DNA from: Octopus vulgaris
Lineage: Eukaryota
Direction: 5' to 3'
Length of the DNA: 64,000 nt
NCBI GenBank assembly: GCA_951406725.2
Contig: OX597829.1
Span: 21,390,001-21,454,000, forward strand
The notes under the pieces were generated by a model. It did no database searches. It saw only the letters and a program-made list of their open reading frames with translations, and had not been told where the DNA came from. Below, piece after piece: positions 53,527 to 64,000 of the stretch (its first letter is position 1; each line of letters begins with the position of its first letter). A program made the position numbers and the translations under genes.

Positions 53527-54545
53527 TTACATATATATTTGTGTATATAATATTAATGTGTGTCATGTATTCATACCCAAAATACATACAGATACATACA
53601 AATTATTTTCAAACTAATTACTATATTATTTTTATGTTACAAATTTAAAAAAAAGAAGACTTGTTACCTTTGAGACCCATAATGTGTTGACATGGTTGTA
53701 TAGAATTAAAAAGAAGATCCTATTAAATCACTTGATGCAAAACATGGTTTTCTAATGCCATATTAGCACGTCTTTTGAGTATATTACATGTCTTCAAGGT
53801 TACATTAAAAAAAAATAATTGTGCATTTCAAATTTTGCAAGTGGTAAAGAAACTTTGCTGCTAAATAATGTGCATGCATGTGTGTGTTGGTCAGGAGTTG
53901 CTGACCTTCAGGTCAACACCATTTTAATGATTCCGTGATTATATGTGGCAGTGTTGCTGTCCCTGTGAAATTTTTGTTCGGTAATCCAAGAAATGACATG
54001 GCGGCAATATACTGTATAAAGTGATGCAAATCATGATGCTATCCAAGTCCATAATTCACAAAGGATCCCCATAAAGCATAGCAGATACAAATCATTGCCG
54101 CTGATATAGAAACATGTCACAAGATTATAAGAACCTACTTTTCAGCAAAGCAAGAGATTTAGTTCCTCTTAGACTGCGAGTTAAGTTTAAATAAGCTTAA
54201 CTCTCCTTTATGTGAAGTTATTGTGACCTAGTGATTAGGGTGTTGCACTCATGATCACATAATCATTCTTGATCAAAGCAGCTGACTTTGTGTTAAGCTG
54301 GTGAAGCAACTTCATCTCTACATTGTGATGGTAATGTCAAAAGTTTTGGCACTAAAGACAAAGGAATCAAAACCACATTGAGTTTCAACCATCAAGAAAA
54401 CAGAAATTGGTTATCATCACATCATGCCACTCAGATACACACACACATACGTATATATATGCATACATACACATGTATGTTTGTATATTTGCATGCATTC
54501 CTCTCTCTCTCTGTGTATGTGTATGTATATTTACATGCATTCCTC

Positions 54546-54576
<31 letters not shown>

Positions 54577-55440
54577 TATTGGCCTGCTCACTTAGCCAGC
54601 AGGGTGGTGTCATTTGAAGGCTAAAATAATGCGAAGCGATGTGTAGCAGCATCTGATAGCCTGGTCAGTCACAGTGATCACAGTGATATATATATTATAT
54701 ATATATACATATATGCGTGTGTGTGTGTATCTATATTTAGAGTTGAGTTAAAGGTTCTTTGGAAACTTAGAGAAACATATTCAAATGTTTAACCTCAGTG
54801 CTAAATTCAATAGACAATGCTATATCCAAAATGTTAGAGAGATATACAAAAGGTTGCTAAAACTTCTTGAATCACTATCTCTTTCTTGAACTTGGCAAAT
54901 CTTGAAACTATGGCTACAGACATGCTCTGATGTCCACTATACATCTAATGTAAAAATTAAAGCCACTGCGATATGAAGAGGGGTATAGACTTTTTCTAAC
55001 ATGTAGCTAGTTTTTAATGTTCCTTGTTTAAGAAGTAATAATTTTTAATTGATTTTCCAGTAAATCCTTGATACTAATTGCAACAAATTCAAAATATGGC
55101 TAAATTGAATTTCAGAATTAAAGTCCTGGTAATTTATTGTTCAAAATATTGGATAAATCATGGTTTTAGAATCTCCAATTTTTCTTGCATCTATCAAAAA
55201 TTAAGAAAATTGTCAAGTTTTAGGAAACTTCAATAATAAATGCAATTACTATACTTACAGTTATCTCTTCAAAATACATATGTTTATATGTATGCATGTA
55301 TATATGTATGTATGCTGACATATATGTATATATGATGTATACATACATACATTATATGTATATATATATATATATTTTTTATTTTGTAATGAGATAAAAA
55401 ACCAAGGGTGTGTAGATTATAGAACATTTATAGATAGAAG

Positions 55441-55488
55441 GTCTTACAGCTGTTTCCAGGATATTTATTATATCCCTTCATCAGAGAC
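55441..55488 (-). ncRNA. Minimal type I hammerhead ribozyme (Penelope-type)
   Basis: Minus strand GUCU-CUGAUGA-a-gggauau(aauaa)auauccu-g-GAA-ACAGCUGU-A-AGAC: full core, palindromic stem III, GUA site. The first stem II pair is an A/G mismatch. Confidence 0.75.
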
Positions 55489-55573
55489 AGTGTGAAAGGA
55501 TGGTTAAGAAATAGTTAATTTTAAATAAAAGAAAATAGATGTGAGATATGTAGGGATATTGCATTTGTAGATC

Positions 55574-55611
<38 letters not shown>

Positions 55612-56864
55612 TTATTGCTAAACTTTACAATACTTGAATAAATTCAGGTAATTATTCATATTTGATATTAGAATTTTCATAATATTTTACAAAAATGGTT
55701 TTTCCTCTGGGTATGTTACTTTGCTCTCTATACAAGTTGTTTCTTATGAAACAAAAGAAATGCTTCTATTTTTTGTAACATGATCTATTTTCATTTTTAA
55801 AATAGAAATACACTATTCTAAGGATTGTTTAATATATATATATATATGTAATGACAATGTAAGCATATTATGTTTATATTTCAAAGAAAAATGATACCAT
55901 TTTAGATTTTAATGTTGCATAAAAATCTGTTCTTAGAGGAGTATTATTTTTACCTGAATTGATTTTTATTTATTTATTTTGAGGAAACTGTTCCTTTGAT
56001 ACATACCTGTGATTAACTATGTTTTATTATTCTCCTATGGTTTTCTTTATCTTTTAATTTTAAATCTCACATACCCACACATATACAAACACAATCACAT
56101 CTACAACACAATCACAAATACACTACACATACAAACTCATTCACATGCACATAATGTATATTACAAAATATATTATTTGTCATAAAATATCAATCCCTTA
56201 GTAAATTCACAATTTTAGTTTTATTTTGAGTTTTACAAAGTAAAAATATGAAAATGTACATTGATTAAATGATCTGACAAAAAGGAATTAATTCTATGTT
56301 GAATGGTGGTGTTTTTAAATGAAATTATATTTATATTGTTGTAATTATTTTATTTCAATATTATTATTTATGTTGCAAAAATACATAAGTGTTCATTTTT
56401 GTCTTATTTACAGCAGCAACTTTTTTGTTAATCAATTACCAGATCACTGTTTACAAATCAATATGATTCTAAACACCTCAGATATATTTGGTGATCACTG
56501 TTATTCAAATTAGGAAAAAGTAATTTAATACAAGTATTAGCTGATTGTTTTTACATGTTGTGAAAGTACTAAAATATATTTTCTGTTACTAACATTTAAA
56601 TTAGTACAAATCACATATGTAAAATATATTTGGTGTGACCTGTTTATTACAATAAAGAAAAAAAATATGAAGATGAGCTACAAAGTAATTCAAGTACAAA
56701 CAAAAAAAAAATTGTTGAGTTGCACATTAAACCACTTTTGAATTATTTTTCTTTATTTTCTTCATTTATTTATAGGTATTTATGTTCCATGATTATAACA
56801 TCAAACTGCAATGATATACCATCAGAAAGGCAAAAGACTACTTCTGCTTAACAATTTGAAATAC

Positions 56865-57585
56865 TCATCATCATCATCATTTCATCCTTTAACGTCCATT
56901 TTCCACAATGACATCGGTTGGATGGTATGACCAGAGCTGGCAAGCTGGAGAGCTGCACCAGGTTCCAGTCTGATTTGGCTTGGTTTCTGCAGCTGGATGC
57001 CCTTCCTAGTGCCAACCACTTTATAGTGTGTGCTGAGTGCTAGAGCTGGCAAGCTGGAGAGCTGCACAAGGTTCCAGTCTGATTTGGCTTGGTTTCTCTG
57101 GCTAGATACCCTTCCTAGTGCCAACCACTTTATAGTGTGTACTGAGTGCTAGAGCTGGCAAGCTGGAGAGCTGCACAAGGTTCCAGTCTGATTTGGCTTG
57201 GTTTCTACAGCTGGATGCCCTTCCTAGTGCCAACCACTTTATAGTGTGTGCTGAGTGCTAGAGCTGGCAAGCTGGAGAGCTGCACCAGGTTCCAGTCTGA
57301 TTTGGCTTGGTTTCTACAGCTGGATGCCCTTCCTAGTGCCAACCACTTTATAGTGTGTGCTGAGTGCTAGAGCTGGCAAGCTGGAGATCTGCACTAGGTT
57401 CCAGTCTGATTTGGCCTGGTTTCTCTGGCTAGATACCCTTTCTAATGCCAATCACTTTACCGTGTGTGGTGGGTGCTTTTAATATGGCACCAACATGAGC
57501 ACTTTTATGTGATGCTGGCTCAAGTGTTTTTTACATGGCATCAGCACAAGATTACTGTAGACCAATCCTCTTCATTAGAGGGAGT
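56865..57585 (-). mobile_element. Family D repeat with a 5 x 109-bp tandem array (inverse of 7190-7915)
   Basis: cacttta at 57017, 57126, 57235, 57344 and 57453. Confidence 0.85.
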
Positions 57586-57970
57586 CATCATCATCATCAT
57601 CATCGTTTAACGTCCGTTTTCCATGCTAGCATGGGTTGAATGGTTCAACCAGGTTCTGGGAAGCCAGGAGGCTGCACCAGGCTCCAGTCTGATCTGGCAG
57701 TGTTTCTACAGCTGGATGCCCTTCCTAATGCCAACAACTCCGTGAGTGTAGTGGATGCTTTTTACGTGTCATTGGCACAGGGGCCAGAGGAGGCTGGCAA
57801 TGGCCACGATCGGTTGGTGCTTTTTATGTGCCACTGACACGGACACCAGTCAAGGCAGCGCTGGTATCGGCCATGTTCGGATGGTGCTTTTTATGTGCCA
57901 CCAGCATAGGTATCACAACTACAATTTCCATTTGATTTTTATTTTGATGTTGATGTACTTGACTCAGTAG
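57586..57970 (-). mobile_element. Family D repeat with (GAT)n tail
   Basis: Reverse complement of the core; other copies at ~9810-10030, 10570-10855, 60530-60770 and 63350-63590. Confidence 0.75.
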
Positions 57971-58774
57971 GGTTCTGTGAAGGATGGATCAATAGAAAAT
58001 AATATCAAAAGACCAGAAAAATATCTCATGATCCACTCACATAGATTTTAAATTAATATCTTGGTTTGAGACTTAATAAAGATTTGAACACATCATTAAA
58101 AAAGTCTAGTCTTATGGAAGTTTGAAAGATTTTTTGAAACTATAAAAACGAGATCATTATTTAACTCTATGTAAAAGTAAAAAAATACCAAATCAAATAG
58201 ATTTGCTAAAGAGAAAAAAATAGAGAAGATTTGTAAAAGTAGCTTAAGTAATTATAAAAATAATTTAAATAATTCCAGTCAATTTCTAATTCTAGATAAT
58301 TTCTATATTTGTAGTTATAAGACAAAAATATGGTTGCTCTTACCATGAGATGCAATCAGCAACAGCATATCCAAAGTTTGAGTCGCGAGGGCCAGCAGAA
58401 CTCAAAATCATACTCAAACATGTGCTTCTGGCCAGAAAAGAACTACTCCCTAAAATGATCTCTTCCACACATCTGATGTGCTTGATGCCCCAGCAAAGAA
58501 AGAGGTTATTTCGAACACCTTGCTTCTTGATGTGAAGTCACTTCATCTAACTTCCAGTCCTATTGTCACTTTTCCCACCTTGCTTCCCTTCATTCTTCCA
58601 CAATATCACAATATTTTTCTTGATTTGATCGTTTCATGTACAACTTCAGCATTAACTGTTTAGCATTTAAACCAGCCATATCTGGTCCCAAATCTTTTAC
58701 CTGTTTTGTGTTCAAACTAGCAAGATGTGGCCTCTCACACCTACCCTACAATGTCATTCTACAACTAAACAATC

Positions 58775-59078
58775 TCTCTCTCTATCCACTCAGTCAAAGT
58801 CAACTCTTGGTTACTCGATGGATTAGTGTTCTCCAGCCAGTTCTATCCTGGGTCGCTTCTTTCAGATTGGCTATGGCCATTCCCGTGTCACTCTTGATGG
58901 TGTCAAGCCAGCAGGTTCTTGGTCGGCCTCTTCCTCTCTTGCCACTGACCATTCTGAGCATGATGTCCTTCTCCAAGGATTTTCTCTGCATAATATGACC
59001 AAAATATGCCAATCTATGCTTGGGGATTCTAGCTTCTAGTAACAGTTTTGGCTTGATCTGGTTAAGAACTTTTCCAAC
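58775..59078 (-). mobile_element. RTE/BovB-like LINE 3' end
   Basis: LAYFGHIMQRKSLEKDIML..SGKRGRGRPRTCWLDTIK..DRTGWR; (GA)n tail; 66-bp diverged direct repeats flank it. Confidence 0.85.
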
Positions 59079-59228
59079 TGTTCAAACTGACCAGAACTGG
59101 CCTCTCACGCTTACCCTACAATATCATTCTAAAAACAAACAATCGCATCATCAAAACCTTAAACCTATGAAATAATGTAGGATTAATTAAAAAAAACAAT
59201 GTGAATACTTAAACATTACATTTGACAG

Positions 59229-59578
59229 TGTGTGGGGATACATGGCTCAGTGGTCAGAGTGTGGGGCTCACTATCATGAGGTAGTAAGTTCAATTCTTGG
59301 ACAATTCTTGTTACATTCTTGGGCAAGACACTTTATTTCACATTGCTCCAGTTCACTTAGCTGCAGAAATGCATTGTGATATCACTGGTGCCAAACTGTA
59401 TCAGCATTTGCATTTCCATTGGATAACATTGGTGGCATGGAGAGAAGAAGTTGGTATGCATGGGTGACTGCTGGTCTTCCATAAATAACCTTGCTCAGAC
59501 TTGTGCCTTGGAGGGGAACTTTCTAGGTGCAATCCCATGGTCATCCATGACTGAAGGGGGTCTTTACCCTTTACCCTT
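59229..59578 (+). mobile_element. SINE family C with 13-bp TSD
   Basis: TTACATTTGACAG at 59216-59228 and 59579-59591; TTACCCT tail. Confidence 0.88.
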
Positions 59579-60104
59579 TTACATTTGACAGAGTAATCTG
59601 AATGCTACAGAATTAATTTCAATTGTTATATTATCTTAAATGCATAAATTACTCCAAAATGAAAGCAGATGAATAGTGATAATATGGCGGAAATTACTAT
59701 TTCCTTCTTTTATTGATTTTTCAATTTGAATTCACTTTTAATTTTTCAACTATTTTTTTCAATTTCAGTTTTCAATGTCAATTTTTTAAAATTCAATCCA
59801 CTCATTTTCACCTTAGAATTACTTCAAATTGCCACATATAAACAAAGTAGAGAATATAAAATGTTTATGTTTGGAGATCTGTGACAAAAGGTGGCAGGAT
59901 TTCAAGAACTCTTTCGTGTTCTTTTATAACTGAAACAACAAAACAGGAGCAAGAACAGCAAGGGAAAGAGAAAAAGAAATATTTTGTGTCCACAGAGGTT
60001 GATAAAATAAAGTACTAGTCAAGTACCAGGGTTGATGTCAACAACTGTCCTTTCCCACTAAAATGCTGGCTTAGTACCAGAAACAATTATTATCATGATT
60101 ATTA

Positions 60105-60205
<101 letters not shown>

Positions 60206-60680
60206 AGCAGCGAGCTGGAAGAATTGTTAGCACACTGGGCAAAATGCTTATTAGCATTTACATTCTTTACATTCTGAGTTCAAATTCCACCAAGGTCAAC
60301 TTTGCTTTTTTCATCCTTTCAGGATTGATAAATTAAGTACCGGTGGAACACTGGGGTCGATGTAATTGACTTGTCCCCTCCCTAAAAATTTCAGGCCCTG
60401 TGCCTATAGTAGAAAGGATTATTATTATTAAGGTGGTAAGTTGGCAGAACTGTTAGCATTCTGGGCAAAATGCTTAATGGCATTTCGTCCATCATTGTGT
60501 TCTGCCAGAGTTGACCCTTGACATAAAATCACCCACTACACTCTCGGAGTGGTTGGCGTTAGGAAGGGCATCCAGCTGTAGAAACACTGCCAGATCTGAC
60601 TGGCCTGGTGCAGCCTTCGGGCTTGCCAGACCCCAGTTGAACCGTCCAACCCATGCTAGCTTGGAAAGCGGACGTTAAAC

Positions 60681-61240
<560 letters not shown>

Positions 61241-61917
61241 CGTCGTCGTCGTCGTCATCATCATTAGAAGTGACAAAAAGACTGATTTACATTAGGCAAA
61301 AGAACTTTACTGTAGGATACCCAAGTGAAATGATGAAAGAAACATGCGTTCAGCAATGAAAGCAGCAGTATGGTACCTTTCACCATTTATAATGAAAATG
61401 AGATAGTTACATAAAGGATAAAGGACAAGACAAACAGGTTTGTCAAGGGACAAATACCATGAAACCACTGAATACTTCCCCGATAGGAACGTGTATCCAC
61501 CCTCGAGTCCCTGTCCAAAACCATTTTACGGAACACAACTGAAAGAAGGCAAAAGAAGAAACAACAAGAAAAAAGTTAGTCTCAATAACATAGCACCTTG
61601 GCTCTTTTGTGTGTGATGGAGGACAAGGGACAACAACAACAACAACAGCTCAATTCTTGAGTGGCACCCCAATAACTGGATATACCATTCATCATCATCA
61701 CCATCACCACCACCACCACCACATAAATTGCCTCGCCATGTGATATTTCATCTTTGTAACAGAATATAATAAAACATTCCCATGATCATCCTTGTGGATC
61801 TGGATGCTTACCTAACCACCACCACCATCTACATCATGTGGAGGAGGAGGAGGAGGAGGACGTGGCAGCAGTAACTATGTTGATAGTGATGATGATGATG
61901 GTGGTAATGCCTAGTGA

Positions 61918-62336
61918 AAGGTGGCAAGCTGGCAGAAACGTTAGCACGCCGGGCGAAATGCTCAGTAGTATTTCATCTGTCGCTACGTTCTGGGTTCAAA
62001 TTCCGCTGAGGTTGACTTTGCCTTTCATCCTTTCGAGAGTCGATTAAATAAGTACCAGTTACGCACTGGGGTCGATATAATCGACTTAATCCGTTTGTCT
62101 GTCCTTGTTCTCTCTGTGTTTAGTCCCTTGTGGGTAGTAAAGAAATAGGTATTTCATCTGCCGTTACGTTCTGAGTTCAAATTCTGCCAAGGTCGACTTT
62201 GCCTTTCATCCTTTCGGGGGTCAATTAAATAAGTACCAGTTACGCACTGGGGTCGATATAATCAACTTAATCCGTTTGTCTGTCCTTGTTTGTCCTCTCT
62301 GTGTTTAGCCCCTTGTGGGTAGTAAAGAAATAGGTA
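61918..62336 (+). mobile_element. SINE family B with internal ~181-bp tandem duplication
   Basis: gtatttcatctg at 61968 and 62149; other copies at ~17400, 31325, 34780, 41910, 43320 and 60205. Confidence 0.8.
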
Positions 62337-64000
62337 ATGACAAGTGAAAACAGTGAGTGGATGTTATAGTAAGGTACTCTTTCACTTTCTCACAATATTT
62401 TCAATTCAAATGATGACCAAATACAAAAGTTTAAGAATATATGTTTTACTGTTTTAAGACAATAAACATATACTGTTTGCATCTTTAGTTTGTCGTTGCA
62501 TCTTCTTCCTTAACAAAAAAATAAAATCTCAAAACAACACTATTTCAAATTTTCAGAAAGTGAAAGAGCATAATACCAACTCTTTCGTAACAAACTCTCA
62601 CTACACTCACTTGATCACATTGCACTGGGGCTGGTGAGAACTATAATATATTAGTGGATGTTGTATTAATAATTAACAGGCTAAGAATGAACAGGTATTA
62701 TGTAAATCAAAGCTCTTCCAATTCCATTGCAGTACAACCTTGTGCATGAATGGTGCCCTATTCATATCTCTCATTATTGGTTGTATTCAGGCAGCATGCA
62801 TAAGGGTACTAAAACAGGTCCATTACTGTTAGAATTATGGCTATATAATAAGGTACTGTTAGAGTCCTTTTCAACATGACAGATTACCATTTCCCCTTTC
62901 AAGAAGAATTGTAAAACAGAAAATAAAGTGCAGAATAATAAATTTACTTGGTTATAGATATATGTTTTTTTATACTTATTTTCTCGGCATTTTTTTTTTT
63001 CATTCAAGATAAAGAATTAGTAAACTATTTAAGGAAAGAAGATAATACTATGAAGATCCAAAATGGTTGACCCTTTAGCATTTAAACTGACCAAATCTGG
63101 TCAAAATATTCTACCTGTTTTATGTTCATACTAACCAGATCCAACCTTTGCAACCTGTCCTTCAATGTCATTCTAAGAATAAAACTATCACATCATCAAA
63201 ATATCAAGTCTATCAGATAATGTATGACTAATTCAAAACATTTGATGTAGTAATTTGAATGCTGGAGGGTTAAATCAAGAACAGAAGAATATAGTATTAA
63301 AATATACAGAAAGATGAAAAAAGAGAAAAAAGCACACTAGCAGAAATGAGATCATTATCATCATCATCTTCATTTAACATCCCTTTTTCCATGCTGGCAT
63401 GGGTTAGATGGTTTGGCACGAACTGACAAACCAGAGGACTGTACCAGGTTCCAATGTCTACTTTGACATAGTTTCTGCAGCAAGATGCCTTTCCCTAATT
63501 CCAGCCACTTCCTAGAGTGTACTGGGTGCCTTTTTTTTTGTACAGTACCAGCATTGATGAGGTCACCAGGTACTCTCAAGACAAGACCCTTCCTCCCTCA
63601 ACTGAATGGGATATAGTATTGAAGGATTTGAAAGTATGATAGGTGGGGAAGGAGCAGGTGTTCTCCATAAAGTTGAATACCTAGCTTTCATATCAAGAAA
63701 GAAATTGAGAGAGATGTGAGGTCAAGGTACAAGGGGAATATAGAAAAGGGAGTAAGGGTAGAGCAGAGGTTCTCAACCAGGGTCCATATGGCTGTTGTGG
63801 GTCCAATTAAGATTTTGCTATTAAAATTTATCTACAATAAATTGGTTATACTTTAACAATACACAAAATATTTTCCTTTATTTTATAAAATTCCTAATAA
63901 TATTTATTTATAAAAATACAGTAAGATTTTTTTTATATATAGGAAGGGCATCCAGCTGTAGAAACACTGCCAGATAAGACTGGAGCCTGGTGCAGCCTTC

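Noticed and set aside
61308-61356. Another hammerhead (GAAACATGCGTT)
   Set aside because: No intact CUGANGA or stem II; too degenerate to call.

Overview
This is AT-rich, microsatellite-dense animal genomic DNA. The SINE families and repeat landscape look like an octopus (coleoid cephalopod); that assignment is an inference. The only well-supported host gene is the 3' part of TOGARAM1 (crescerin/FAM179-type TOG-array protein) on the + strand. It has 13 phase-consistent GT-AG exons from 1252 to the stop at 38979, about 600 aa covering a linker and two TOG domains; the 5' end lies upstream of the window. The rest is transposon-derived: tRNA-headed SINE families, RTE, Dong/R4 and CRE-like LINE fragments, Tc1/mariner derivatives, piggyBac-, hAT- and pogo-type MITEs, a Helitron and a Helentron-type HINE. 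Four observations stand out. (1) An apparently full-length 1.49-kb retroposon encodes only an ORF1/gag-like CCHC protein ('half-LINE') and sits with a 17-bp TSD between the A and B boxes of a SINE head. (2) Its ORF is disabled by a 42-nt insert identical to the reverse complement of a Helitron 2.5 kb away. (3) Several short, mutually dissimilar modules beside (TA)n tracts carry minimal Penelope-type hammerhead ribozymes: two near-intact, one of them a U3-A8 core variant, plus decayed copies, often with fold-back inverted repeats. (4) Twin 5 x 109-bp arrays lie in inverted orientation 49 kb apart. All calls were made by eye; no database searches were run.
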